Positions 39,067 to 52,931 of a stretch of DNA of 64,000 nt are shown piece after piece. The stretch's first letter is position 1, and every line of letters starts with the position of its first letter. The notes under the pieces are model-generated. The model searched no databases and had not been told where the DNA came from. It saw only the letters and a list, made by a program, of their open reading frames with translations. Made by a program: the position numbers and the translations under genes. The stretch covers positions 124,001 to 188,000 of the forward strand of contig LSRY02000048.1 in the NCBI GenBank assembly GCA_001643675.2. Direction: 5' to 3'. Source of the stretch: Monocercomonoides exilis PA203. Its lineage: Eukaryota; Protista; Preaxostyla.

Positions 39067-40558
39067 CTACAAACTAATTGGAGATTGCTCGGTTCCAACA
39101 TCTTTTGCTTTGATGAAACTTCTAAGAATTTTTCGATTTTGAATTGCATTTGTTTTTTCTTTTTCTTTTTTCGCCATTTCCTCAATTTTTGTTTCTTTTT
39201 TTTCACAAAACATTTTTGATTCAAGAATTAAAGTTTCAATCTGTTGATTTTCAATAATTTTCACAAATCTACCATTTTTTGATCTGTTTCTGATATTTCT
39301 TTTTTTTCTAACAGTCTTTGTTTCTAAATCTGAGATGGTTTCTTCTTCTTCTTCTTCCTCTTCTTTCTCTTCTTTCTCTTCTTTCTCTTCTTTCTCTTCT
39401 TTCTCTTCTTCATCGTCTATTTTTCTTCTTTTTAAAAATTCAGTTTTATTTGTTTCAATCAATTTCTTCGATAATCTTTTTTTCTTTAGAACTTCATCCA
39501 GCTCACTTTCATCAACCATTTCATAGTTTCTTCTTTTTTTCATTTCCTTTTTTATCAAAAAAAAAGACGATAATTTGAATTTTCTTTCTATATTCAAAAC
39601 ATTTATCATATTTTCAGTACTGTCGTTGTAAGCACGAAAAAAACATCCATATTTTTCTTATCAATTTTTGATAATTCTTTCATGAAAGTTGTTGGAATCA
39701 GTCTATTGTTATATCGATACTGAAACTCATAGACATATTCCTTTGTCTTTAAATATATTCTCCCTCGTTTTGGAATATGATTTTTCAAATGAGACCAGAT
39801 ACCTTCAATTGTCTGTGTGTAAACCTTTGGATTTTCCGGTTTCACAAAATTGAGAGTGTGATTAACGCTATCTATTGTGAAACCGTTTTCACTGATGCAA
39901 TTATATGCTGACCACTTATCAGACATTATCGTTGTTGATCTTTCAATGTTTTTTTTGACGAAATAGAAAATTGTATCTGCTTTTCTATCGGGAAGAAATT
40001 CAACTATCAGTCTTTGAGGCTTTCCTTTTTCCTTTCTTTCGATTACACCCCATAACCACTGTTGTTCTGTGCATCTTCCCACTCCATTTTTTCTTTTGTG
40101 TATTAAAGTTTCATCGATTTCAACAATGCGATTGTCTCCAACTTTTTCTATTTTGCTCGTTTCAAAAAAGCAGCATATTCTTCGCAACTTTTTGAATAAT
40201 TTTAGTACTGTCACTTTCGCAACTTTTGTTTCAAAAACTGTTTCTTTGATCGAATGTCTGTACCAAAAATGAAACAATAATGATGTAAGCTTGAATGGTG
40301 ATAAATGAAATTCCATAAATATAGAATCAAAGTTCCAACTGAAAAAATTTCCACATTTCGAACATTTGAAGGCATAGTAATCATTTTCTTTTTTTTGCAA
40401 CTTCAGATCCATATTTTTTTGCATTTCCAACATGTTCGATTTTTTTTGATCAGTCCAAATTTCGATAACAATTCCATTGCATACTGATTTTTATTGTTCG
40501 AAAGAATCAGAAACTCGCTGAATGTTAATTCTTCGAAATTGATTTCGTTCTCAATCAT
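39067..40558 (-). pseudogene. Merlin transposase with long Glu/Lys-rich tail, frameshifted
   Basis: CWKC/CSKC, IVEIDET, WLWGVIER, IMSDKWSAY, SVNH, TQTIEGIW, EFQYRYN; tail ORF 39067-39609 with an (EEK)n repeat; TIRs not found. Confidence 0.9.
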
Positions 40559-41265
40559 GAAAAGGATGAAACAGTTTGAAAATTGATCAATAATTCAAAA
40601 TAATTTTGTTCAATAATGGGTATTTTTTTTTTGATAAATTGAATCTCAATTTGATTTCATTCTTTGCAACATATGTTAAGTTGAAAACAAGAATATTTTT
40701 AATAAAAATGGCACATTATATTTATAAAATTTTAAATCAAAATGACAATAAATAAAAACTGCATGTGCATAAGTTCACAATATTTGAATAACATTACAAA
40801 ATCATTAATGTTTGAAGAAAAAAACATCGTTATCCACTACAATTACATAAAAATAAATTTCAACAAAGAATTAATTATCTATTTTGTTAGAATGTCCCAT
40901 GTATTCAATCACTCATTAATACAAACGAACACTTAACTCACACATTTTGAGAAGTGATATTGCATTCTGAAAAAGATATTTGATGATTTTATTTTTTTAC
41001 ACAAATAAAACGAAACAGATTGTTTGAAACACACACAAAAAAACAGAAATCTCATTCAAATCCTTAATGAAAATTAAAATGTTACTGAAAAGGGAATAAG
41101 GAAATTATATTTCACGTACGACAAATATCAAAAGTTCAAAAAACCATTGTTAACACCATTGTGCCAACATCAAAAATATAACACTATCATTTTGAAGCTT
41201 TGAATGTATGAATAGCAATTTTAATAAACATATAAAGTTGATTTTTTTATGTGCAACATCCACTT

Positions 41266-41523
41266 GTGTGATTATTTTTGAAATCAAATTTTTTCTTTCA
41301 AAAATTTCGATTAGAAAAATTTTCTTAAATATTAACAACAGAACACTAAAAAGTGAAAATACTATTTGAAGATATCTTCATCATCATTTCAGTTTAAACA
41401 TTTTGAAAATGAAATGGTTTTTATGAAATTTATCATTAAAATACAAAATCTCTATTCAATGACAAATAACCTTTGAAAAATCAATACAACGAAAAAATTT
41501 TATGATTTCAAAAATAATCACCC
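41266..41523. mobile_element. MITE family A, 258 bp, inserted in a host pseudogene
   Basis: TIR G(T/G)GTGATTATTTTTGAAATCA; non-palindromic TSD ACTT (41262-41265, 41524-41527). Confidence 0.88.
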
Positions 41524-44500
41524 ACTTGTTGCGGCTATCAATGAGCATTGAACAGCTGTCAATGATTGGATCTCAAATAAACAGTTTTCAAGTCGAAGAA
41601 CCCCACTCGAAGAGATTAATGAATTCATATTTGGCTCAAATTGACTTGGAATCTTGAGCTTCAAAGATAACAAACTGAGTGACTGAATTGATGAAATAAC
41701 AGATGAAGTTAATGCTGAATTCCCTTTGATTCTCTCATTAAACAGAACAGGCTTGTATTTTGTTTCATCTCCATTATTCACACATCCATCAAACGCAAGT
41801 GCATGTGTGAAAGAATAAATATCTTCAATTGTCCCTTCATCCCTCACTTTCACTTTCCTTTCTCCTTCCCCTCCATTCATGTCAATGTGACTTATTCCGC
41901 TCCACATCGATTCACACGGATATCCATCGCTCCCACATCCCAATGTGTCATACCCCTCCCTCGACACACACACCACCATTCCCTTCATTTCAACAAGAAA
42001 CAGCCCAAGATCAACACTCTCTGCAAAATAGTCTCTGTCAATCCCTTTCATATCAACTGCCATCCATTCTCCTTCTCCATTTACATATTTTAATTCAAAT
42101 CCAAACCTCTCCTTCGTCACTGTTCCATTCAGTTTCTTGCATGAAATGAACAAATCCCTTCCCTCGGCAGCAACATTGCCTTTGAATATCAATGTTGGAA
42201 GTGAAAAGTTATTCAAACAATTGTCACTCAAATCCAGATATATTCCTCCACCTCTTCCTCCATTTCCATTCGCCGAGCATCTCAATATGGATGATGATCC
42301 CATTTCAAGCAAATCATTCAGGTCCATCTCACTTTTCACACACACTCAGCTCACACTTTCTGTCTCGATATTCTCAAATCTGCTTCCTCCATCAACTCTC
42401 AAACTCGATCTTCCATTCTACGTTATCAGCGATCCTGCTCCCACAACACACCCCAATGCTGTCATGTTTCTCAATGTCACTTCCGATCCACCATTCCCCA
42501 CTATCACTCCTCCTCCACTGGTCTCAATCCCATCCAATGAACAGTTCTCAAATATCACATTCCCTCCTTCTGATCTTGCAATTCCACTTCCTTCAAATCT
42601 TATCCCGTTCATTTCTGTTCTCTCTATTCGAATTGCCCCTCCATTCCCAATCACTATCCACTTTCCACATTCATTCACATTTGAATTCCTATTCCCATTC
42701 CCTTCTCCTGCTGAAAACAAACAATCCAAAATGAATCATTCCCCAATCCTCACTTCCACAATCGATTCATCACCAATTGCACTTGCAGAGGAAGAACATT
42801 GAAGAGAAATCTGAAGAAGTGACAATGTCAAATGTGTTTGTCCATCCTCTTCTGTCAATTCAAATTTCCCTCCCTCTTCAACAACCAGTTCTCTAGTTTC
42901 TTCATTCCCTTTGATTGTCAGTCCTTTCCCACATCTGTTGATAGTCTTGCTCACTGAAGCAGCACCAACAAGCATAATCTTCTCTTTCTCATCGTTCAAC
43001 CGATCAAACCCAATATCAACAGACGAGCAAGGATTTTCTTTCGCTCCACAACTTGATAATCCGTTTCCAGCATTGCTCACAAACAAATCCGTTCCTAACC
43101 TTGGAAACAGGTAATTGATCAGTGAGTCTTCTTTTCTTGGTTCAGATGACTCAAGCACCCACATCTTATTTTCTGCTGTGACTCTTGTGGCTGTCCCTTC
43201 CCAAAACGCTGGAAGAAGCATCGTCCATGGTGATCCACACACCAAATACACATCTTCTCCTTTTTCTGCAACATTGTTCGCAAAATCATCATTTTTCAGA
43301 GAGTATTCAATATTCGCTGTCTCAAATGTCAGATGCAATCCTCCTCCTTTTCCGCTTCTCTTTGCAACTCTGCATCCATTGATCTTGTTATCATCAAACA
43401 ACAAATTCCCTCCATCTCCAACAATCAGAACAATCCCTCCCACAATTGCGCTCATTGACTCGCATCTGCATTCCTCAAATACACATTTGTTAATATCCAC
43501 ACACTTGCCATTCCCCACTCTCCTATTCAACACCCCTCCATTCCCATTCTCTCTCTGAATCGATTTGAATGTGCAGTTCCAGATTTTAGTATTAATCCCT
43601 TCTCCAATCTCAATCTCATTTCCATCATCAAAGCTCGATTCATTCATCGTTGTGTTCTTAACCTCAACATCTCCTCCATTTCTCAGCTCAAATAAGCTTC
43701 TTCCCACATTTTGTCTTGTCACATTCCTCACAATCACCTTATCAATCAATCCTCCAACCCCTACTCCATCAAAAGTCACCATCCCTGATTTGGTCATTGC
43801 AAAATCTCCAAATTCACAACTTGCCAGCTCCACTATCCCTCCTTTCCCACAAATCAATCCCACTCCAATCTCTTCTGATTCTGCGCCAAATGAACATCCT
43901 TCAAATCTCAATGTGCTTGAACTGCACAGAAATACATACTCCTTTCTTGATTCGGCAAATGTTGATATCGAAAATGCCAATGATGAAAATGAGATTGCTC
44001 GTTCGCTCTTTATCAAAAATACGTTTTCTCCTCCTTCGCTTATTCCAATCTTTGCCTTTGCAACATCTCCATCAATGTTCATTTCTTGAGCGTTGAGTGT
44101 CATTTCATCGAAAATTGAACTTCCATCAACGAGTTTTAGTGTTGCTGGCAATGTGCCAAGCACATTTGTTCCTGCATATATCAATGTGGAGCATGGAAAG
44201 TCCAGATATCCGTGCTAATGATAACCCATCCTTCCATTTCCACCTTTCACATAACTAATATTTGATTTCTTTCGAAGATCAAATCGAGATTGGCTTTCAT
44301 TGATCTGCGATGTGATGTTGTTACATTCAGTGAAAATGTCATTTCCCACACTTGCAGTGTTTGCATTAAATTTCATCCTCACAAATAAAAAAATCAAATC
44401 TCCTCTTTCCTTTGTTGCTAGATACACTCCTCCTAACCTTCTATTTGTTGTTGTCGCAGCTGTAATGACTGATTGTTGATTAATAATAATCATTGATCCA

Positions 44501-44560
44501 GCTGCATCCAATGCTTCGAATATTTCCCCTCTAATTTTATTTGAATCTATGTTGTCTGCA
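41524..44560 (-). pseudogene. large Gly/Cys-rich beta-helix (pectin-lyase/Pmp-like) surface protein, best-preserved copy
   Basis: Consecutive ORFs 44215-44511, 42736-44184, 42418-42729 and 41518-42345 with GGGI/L, FxxN and CGxxxxPCxS motifs, separated by stops or frameshifts. Confidence 0.85.
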
Positions 44561-45309
44561 ACATTCCGAACTGAGAAATTATAATTTTATAATATATATT
44601 GTCAAAAGTTAAAATTACAGATTAAATATAATAATAAAATATGTTGCATACGTTTATCCACATTTTCAATATATTTTCAACTATATCCACCAATATTGGA
44701 CTCATGTTGTGTGACGTTGCATAACTATCAACTTCAAATTCTAAAAATCAAATTTTGTTAATAATAATAATATATTTTAAATGACAATCATTGCATACAA
44801 TAATAAAATATTTGCATATTCAATTTGCTATATATTGGAAAGTGTGCACTAGACCTGTGCGACAAGTGGCAAATTTTGTCAGTAACTGACACAGGTGACC
44901 GACAAGACAATCTTTTTATGATCATTACCTTAAATTGCTTCTGAACATTTCATTGAAGTGAATTTTTATTATCGAATGAAATCATAAATAATTTTAAAAA
45001 TATTTTTAACGTCATATTTCATTATCAATGGAGTGTTTCATATTTCAATTGAATTTCATATTTATTGAATAAAAAAGATTTGAAACATTAATTTGAAGAG
45101 AGAAAAACTGGAAATCAATTTTTCTTGTATGATAAGTTTGTTAATAAAGATAAAAAAGTTTAAAAGAAATTTTGAACAAATGATTTTATTTGATTTTTAA
45201 ATAATTAATATTACCAAAATAAAATTTTAACTGACAAGATCTGTGAAACATGGAATTTAACATGCCACTGGAAGTCACTTCTGTCACTGAAGTCACCTAA
45301 AGTCAATGA

Positions 45310-46060
45310 TATGAAAATATATGAAAAAGCAATTGAAAAACAAATCATCCTGCTTTGCTGCTGAAATGCATATGATTTCACTTTTTTTGTCAGTCACAAC
45401 CATAACATTTCTGATTGTTATACATATTCTTCAACTTTTATGAACAAAGCGAATGCAAAGCATTAAAACCAACAGAATCGTACTGTTTGAAATATTTGAC
45501 AATAGAACAAACATTCGTGAAACTGAAAATTGAAATGGTATTATCGAAAATTTTATTTATAAAAAATTATTTAGTCTCTTTTTATTTCAACACTGGCAAA
45601 AGTTTATTATTATCTTCGTAAGATGAAAAATGATGAAACAAGTTTATCCTTCGCTGTTTTGAAGAATGTTCGAAGATCTTAAAAATTTTTGATGTTAATG
45701 AAGTCCATGAATTGTTATTTCTTGTTTTGCTGTAACTTAAACGAAAAATGATGTTCCACATTTAACGAGGGGAAATATTTGCGCAAAATTCAGCTTTGAA
45801 GATTTTGGTATGATTAATCCGCAATAAAGAACTATGAGAATCTCTCTGATTTTCAAATTGGAATAAATTTTTGTGTTTTCAATACAACTCATAATGACAG
45901 TGAAAAAATGGAAATAGAAAATAAATAATGAAGTTTGTTTATTTTTTTGAAGAAATTATTGGATTGCAAAGTCATTGCCTATTGTTTGAGCAATCGACCA
46001 AAAATCAATCCATATCTCTGAACATTTCTTTTTTCGTTGATTTAATTTTCGAAAAAGTTT
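45310..46060 (+). pseudogene. 5' remnant of hAT transposase
   Basis: VPHLTRGNI resembles FPYLTRKKI and CKVIAYCLSN resembles AIIRSFCTDG of the 60859-63848 transposase. Confidence 0.45.
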
Positions 46061-46129
46061 GGAAATTGATTTTATCATGATAATTTCATTTTTTAAATAA
46101 ATGTCAGTTTTATTCTTTGTGAAGTGAGT

Positions 46130-47470
46130 TAAAAAAACATACTTTTAAAATTTTGTTAATAAGCAATGGACCTAAGATTTTTCGAAACATTGATATAATA
46201 ATTGAATGAGTTTTATGACAATTTTTTGTGATTACAATCCTTTCCTTATTATAATTGAAATGATTTATTAAATCTTGAAACTGTATCTTTCGAACCTTTT
46301 TCATCCATTATTTCATAATCCTTCATTTCGTCCGCCCTTTTTTCTCTTCTTCCATTTCATCATCTCTTTTCTCCCAATATTTTTGTTATTTTCAAAAAGA
46401 CTATCAATCATTCATATTCCATTTTGTCATCAATGTTGGTTGATGAATCTTCCCCAAAACTGAATCAACTGCTCCATCTTTCAACAAGTTGATAACTTTT
46501 TCTGGCTTGTTATTCGTTTTATTAAATTTTCATCTCTGCAATTGTTGCCTTATACAACTGTAATTATATCATGAAGCTATTAAAAAACCGAACAATACAA
46601 CTGATAAACTCTCCAAATTCCAAATACCTCAACGTTCATGATGATATGCAAAAATTCATTTCAGAGAGCTGAAACATTAAAACTATTTCATCATTTGTTT
46701 CTTTTCCACATTATTTTCCCTTTTGATCCACGTTTCTTGACAACCCTTCCAGTTTCCTTTTTGCTTCTCCCATAAAATGCTATTCGTTCACTGTCAAATG
46801 CTCCAATTGGCTTTTATTGAAAGATCTGCGTTCCAAAGAATGCCTTGCTGAATGATCAATGAGATAAGTTAGGTTGCTATGTTCCTGAAGATATTTGATG
46901 ATTTGTGTAAGTTATTTCAAATGCAGAGTTTCTCCAAATTATCAAATCAACAACGAAAAATACTTATCAAAAAATTCTAAAATAAAACAGAAATGTACTC
47001 ATACAAAATTCAATATTGCTCAATGCGAGCAATGCAATTTCTGCTTCTTTTCGAATATCCTCTGTTATTTTGTTCGATGCAATTTTCAGAATGACAGGCA
47101 CACAAATTTGATATATTTCAGTTTTGTAGATGAAACTTTTGGACATATAGTTTTCTCTAAAATCGACAGCATTTTTTCGTTTCTCCCTTCTTTTGTCAGA
47201 TCTTCTTTTGCAATCATCTGCACGAATCTGATGCACAACGATAAATTTTGAAAACAGCTTATCCAATTTCTCATCAAATTTATGAAACCTTAAATGCACT
47301 TCAGTGACAAAATTGCATTCTTCAAAGAAAATCAATTTTTCAACCATTTCGAGTCAAATGTTGCACAGTTGTGAAATAAGAACAAATCATTATTTTTCCT
47401 CATCAATTTCAAAAATCATTTTATTCGGTTCTCATTATATGCTTTATGTCGCTTTTTCTGGAATGTTCCA
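46130..47470 (-). pseudogene. alpha-helical (ARM-like) multicopy hypothetical protein family member, cargo of the hAT element
   Basis: LKNAILSLKCI..FVQMIAKED..RNEKML / ICVPVILKIA..RKEAEIALLALSNI / IIKYLQEHSNLT..VNE*HF.GEAKRKLE; recalled as a hugely expanded Monocercomonoides family. Confidence 0.75.
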
Positions 47471-47875
47471 ACTCAGAAAACAATAATTACGAAAAAAATA
47501 TTAAAATAAAAATCAGTCGACAATAATTATAAAATATCAGCTGCTACACACTAACAAGTCCATTTCGATCTTTTAATGCAGCACTTTCACAAAAAATGCA
47601 TCCATAAAACGTTCATTCTTTTATCTTTCGTATTGGAAGAACAATTGTTTGTAAGAAAGATATTTGCTATTAATGAAAACAAACCAAACTCATGAAAAAA
47701 TTTGTGTTCAGACTATTCTCATGGGAATAAACACTAATATGAAGACAAAACAAAAATAAATCAGAAAATTTTTCATTCATAATATGATGGGAACTATGAT
47801 CAATTGTGTTTTTGCCAAAAATAAAAGATATTTTTTGCGATATGCGAAGCAATAAAATTCAAAAAATATTTCTGT

Positions 47876-47877
<2 letters not shown>

Positions 47878-47940
<63 letters not shown>
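47878..47940 (+). repeat. T63 homopolymer inside the hAT right end
   Basis: Direct count. Confidence 0.9.
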
Positions 47941-47944
<4 letters not shown>

Positions 47945-48630
47945 AGTGACCGACAAAGCAAAAAAATGGCATGTCGAGTCGCACAGGTCTAGTGTGCACC
48001 CTACACATCACAAAAAAAAGCGAATCCAAAATTTTTGACAATATGAAATTTGATTGTGGGATTGATCAAAAATTATTAATAAAAAAATTTTTTTTCAAAA
48101 ATGTTTTATTTCTCAGAATATCATTGATGCAAAAGGTTAATATAACTCTTAAAAGCATTGAATGAATTTGTTAATAAGTAATTATCCTTATATATTAATT
48201 TTAATTTAAAATTGGAATATTTATGGGTGATTTCTCAAAATTGATTTTTTTCAACAAGAAAAAACATTTTCAAAAAATTCGTCCACCCAAAAGTTTTAAA
48301 TTATTTTTATCTATTATTTCTTCATAAAATTAATTACGAACATCGCAAATTGCAAGAGAAGCACAGATGTACCTATGCTGATTTTGTTTTGTTAATTTTA
48401 GCATGTGGATAATTTTAACAATATAAAAGAGAGAATTTCATCATTGAAGAATGGGCTGTGTGGAAAAAGCGATGAGAACAAAACGTTTTATTGCATTTTA
48501 TTGTTTTATTAACAACTTAATTTGCATCGCGGAATTACTCGCAAAATGATAAGACAAAAATATTCTTCAACAAAACTCTTCACACAAGCGGATGAAGATT
48601 AGAAAAAGGAAGATGACAAAAACAAATAAC

Positions 48631-48632
<2 letters not shown>

Positions 48633-48683
<51 letters not shown>
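48633..48683 (+). repeat. A51 homopolymer
   Basis: Direct count; followed by GACAGAAA. Confidence 0.9.
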
Positions 48684-48685
<2 letters not shown>

Positions 48686-49439
48686 CAGAAAGAATAAAAA
48701 CTATGTGGATGGAAATAGAAAGATTATTTGTATTTTTATGAACTGAAGAAAAAATTCTGCCAATGATTCAATACAAAGAAAGATCTGAGCTTTTTTGAAT
48801 ACTGGTTATATTAGACATTGATATTTTGATGTTGCAATTAAATAAGGACTGCAGGTGAATTTATCAACGCAAAGAGTTTTGTGCAAAACGATATTTTTAT
48901 TTCTCCCTTTTAATTTCTCATCAATTTACTCTCCATAACATCTCTTCAAGATTCACATGCTCTGCATCTCCATTAGTTTGGCTTTTAAAGTGTTAAATTT
49001 TAAACTCTAAAAAGTTCACTCAATATTATGTGCTGATTATTTGTGTCAACACAGAATGCTCAAGAAGTTAGAGTCTCAATTTTTGTAATAAACAAATAAA
49101 CAAAGATTTTGATCAAAATGTTTTTTGAATGAAATGAGTCTATTACAAAATAATTAAATTGTGGATTTTCTATCAAACGTTTGTTTCTTCTTTCTTTTGA
49201 CGCTTTTGTTTGTTATACAAAAAATGCGATAATTACTCGTTGTGAAATAATAATAATGAAAATTGAATGATCTGATAATTTTTGTTGAAAAAAAATTATA
49301 ACAACTGATCAAGTGAATTAAACGGCAGCGTAATTAACATTCAATTTTCTTTTTTCTCTTCTTCTTTTCGTCTTCATCACCATTTCAAGTTCTGTATGCC
49401 TCCTCTGTCTTCTTCATCCAAACACGAAGCTTCCATTCT

Positions 49440-51440
49440 ATCTATTCCCTTGCGCAACATACAATATATCCGGCAACGGTATTCAGAAATTTTCCCTCAA
49501 CGGTGCACAAAATTGAGAAATTCAGCTGAAAGATCTGACAAACTACTTGAACGTCAACCCTGACACTGTCCGGTAAAATGGCAAAATTCCATCCGAACAA
49601 TTGGATGTGGCAGCACATTGCCAATTTGTTCCAACTTTGATGAATTCTAGCAATATTCCTTTTTTCTTTCCTTGCTTCACAGCTCCACAGTTTCCCAGTT
49701 CCTCAAATCAATATTGCTCTGTGCTTTTCATCCGTATCCTCGATCCTTTCAAAAGCTGTTCAAAGCACTGCTTTCTTCAAGAAGTCACAAATTACACTCT
49801 CCGAGCTATCGTCTCACAAGCACACACTGAATACGTTGCCTTTCAATTCCACTGTTTGTTTTCGCTTTTGACTTGCAACAACATTAGCGTTCATTTCATC
49901 TGCTTACACTCCATGTATTTGCATCTATTTCTAATTATTTTGGAAATTTGCCATATAAAAAAATACAATTTGAATTCCATTAATTGATATTTCGATAGGA
50001 AAATAAAACATTAACAGAACATCAATAAAAATTCAAAAAAAAATCCGTTGAAGAATCGAAAAAGAAAGAAAGAAAAGAGAATGAAGCAAACTTGAAGCTG
50101 GCCAAACGGAACTTTCAGAGGAACTGCAGCGCCGATGCGCGACCAGTCGTTAAGACCAGCCTTTTCCAAATCTCCTTTCTCTCGCGCGCTTTTCACAAGC
50201 CCACACCCAAGCCCAGCCAGCCTCCCCAGCGCCGTCCCTCTTGCCACAGCCCAGTTCTCTCCATGCACCCGCTTTTCCATCCTTTTCTTCTCTTCCCAGC
50301 TCAGCGCAGAAACAAACGCACAGTGCAGCATCTGCACTGCCACCGTCTCCAGCGCTCGCGCTGCTGTCCGCGCCGCAAGCTCCACCGACCGCTCGCACGC
50401 AACAAACCCAACGACCCTCGCGATGAGATGCTTTGCCATCTGGAACAGAACACCGCGCTTCCCCTCAAAGTCAAACGTGATGTTGTGCCCCAGGCAGTTC
50501 GAAAAGAACTGCCCGTGCGGCATACGCGATTGCACCAGTTGGTAGAACAGCTGTGCTATCACAAAGCTATGCTCTGAAATTGGAGAGAGGAAAGCATACA
50601 CTTGTGCTGAGACGGCAGCCCAACCAGGTGCTGGTTGAGGAGATACTCTCTTTGAACACGTTCCACCTGGCGCTGCAGAGCCGACCTGTGTACTCCGCTC
50701 GAAGATCCCTGATCCCGAGCAGAGGTGGAATGCGCAGAATCAGAGGACGGAGCACGCACATACAAAGCAGCAGTGCCGCCGCGGCGCGAAAGGAGGTAGT
50801 TTCCAGACGCGATCTCGATGCCCCCCTGCAGCAGATACGACATCCACCGGAACGCCGACGACGCTGCCAGCGGGCCCACCGAAAGATCCACCGCACACAT
50901 CCGCAGCGACTCCCACTCGTCCACAAACACACAATTCGAAACACTAAACACCCCAATCATCCCTTTCCCGTGGCACACTTGCCCAATCGCATTCGTCGCA
51001 TCCCGCAGAGCAATCGACGGCACACTTTCCTGCGGCACAACCTCCCCTATCGCAACAAACTTGTCCATCCTCTCTCTCTCTCTCTCTGCCTGTCCGAGTT
51101 CAAATGCAACTGCACTCCATCCGATGCTAAACACCCACCCCAGCCCCATTCCCACACACGATTTTTCTCTCTCCGCTCCTCCCAATCTCCGCAAACCCTT
51201 CACTCTCTAACACTTCATCCACTTTTTCCTCTTCTCAAATGGACTCTCCCCAGCGATCATGATGCTCATCATTCAATCAAACAACATCACATTCGCAGTC
51301 AGATTTCCCAAATCTCTTCTCTTGATCCTCCCACGGTTCCACCAGCATTCCCCACAAGTTCATCCTCACCAAAATTATCTGTAAACAATCAGGCGCTTTT
51401 CTCAACCAGAGTCAAACTTCCAGTATTCTGTGACCACTCA
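49440..51440 (-). pseudogene. GC-rich decayed host gene (probable beta-helix family)
   Basis: Strong GC island with ORF fragments VSNCVF, FFSNCLGHNITF, LHCAF; no intact frame. Confidence 0.4.
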
Positions 51441-52896
51441 TTCAGAATCTTCCCTTTTTCTTCTTTTTCATCTTTTTCTTTTTCTTTTTCTTTTATTCTT
51501 CTATTTTAATTCACCTTCTTCTCCATGCTTCATTGAATATCCTCTTGCATTATCACTTCCTCATCCAAAAACACAATCATGCCCGCCTAAGATATTGATT
51601 GCAGCTCCACTCACACTTTCACAAAAGGCAACATAGTTGGATCAAATCGTTTTTTGCTCCGTTGTATCACATCCACGATCGTGTGAGAAAGGATTGATAT
51701 GGAAGTATCATTTATTCTCGAAGTTGCTTCTATCGACAGAAGCGGAGAAAGTTCAACAAAAGAGGGCACGGTTTAAAAGGCTTTCATAACATATCAATGT
51801 TTCATTCTTTTGTGAAGAACAGTGAAGCAAAACAACAAAAATATTAATTGATCTGTTTAAATGGTTGATGCTTGATTTGTAAAAAAGTTCACGAAAATGA
51901 TTGAAGTACCTTCAATGAAAGCAACACGGTTATCCTCGTGTGACTCTTATTGAAGTCCTTGGTAACTGACAAAGCATTCTAATATTCGATTGCAAGTCCC
52001 AATTAAGATTAAGTCGACGATAAAGATTGCAAATCAACTTCACTTCTTTCTTTTCTGTGAACCGAATTTGAGCAGACAACAGCTTTTGAAAAGGCAGGTT
52101 TTGAAGCTTGAAAAAACAGAATGTGTAAGGAATAGCGTGAAGAGTGAAGGGAACATTGCTGAAGTTCTTTGACTTTAATTGCTTTTTACTAAAATGTCTT
52201 TGCAAACATTGGTAACTCTATTGGAGATTTAAATGCAACATTCACAACAAAATCATGCAACGAAAGGTCACACAGCTGCAAAAGCTTGAAGTTTCACAGA
52301 AATGGAAAAAGGATGCAATGGAGTTATTTTAAAAATTGATAAGTGAAAATGAGAAGAAGAACTGTTGAAGAAGAAAAAGATGATGATTATTGAGACAGAT
52401 ATGATGACAGAAGTGTTTTTTGTTTGAGCCAACATTAGACGTATTAAATGACAGCAAAACGAAAAGATCAATCACCGAAACAGAGAATGTTGTGATTGTT
52501 GCTTTCTATCCGTTCTTGTGATACAGAAAAAATAAACTTTCATTTTATCTCATTTCACAAGTCTTTGCTCCATATTGGAGCATAGGCAATTGGTCGAAAT
52601 AATAAGATTGATCATATCCCTTGAATTGTTTATTTTTGAACTTTTTTTTAACAATTTCCAAACTTTTAGAATTTTTGAGATAAAAAAAGTGAAAATAACA
52701 TTTCAAGAATGGTTTTCTTATTTTCAATGTTATAAAAAAATAATCAAATTTCTGATCTTTTGTGGGAAATGATCAAAATTAATAAATGTTCAATAACTTA
52801 TGAACAAAGAATAAAGAAGTCGAAAAAAAGAAATTTACTGTTTTATTAAACAAACTCTATTTCTATAAGCTTAAAAAAAGTTTTTTTTGATGTGTC

Positions 52897-52931
52897 GTGC
52901 ATGAAAAGCTTGAAAGTCAATATTTTCCCCC
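52897..52931 (+). repeat. right TIR of MITE family C
   Basis: GTGCATGAAAAGCTTGAAAGTCAATATTTTCCCCC followed by ATAT; left end not found. Confidence 0.65.

Larger units (their letters stand above)
44850..47991 (+). mobile_element. non-autonomous hAT element with host-gene cargo (Pack-hAT), 3142 bp
   Basis: Perfect 14-bp TIR TAGACCTGTGCGAC/GTCGCACAGGTCTA; perfect 8-bp TSD GTGTGCAC (44842-44849, 47992-47999); TGAC/GTCA subterminal motifs. Confidence 0.93.

Noticed and set aside
41803-44096. Plus-strand Pro/Ser/His-rich ORFs (also 50553-51509 and similar antisense frames)
   Set aside because: Shadow ORFs antisense to purine-rich genes.
47878-47940. Poly(A) tail indicating retroposition of the cargo gene
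   Set aside because: On the cargo strand the tract lies 5' of the gene, and the gene appears to retain an intron.
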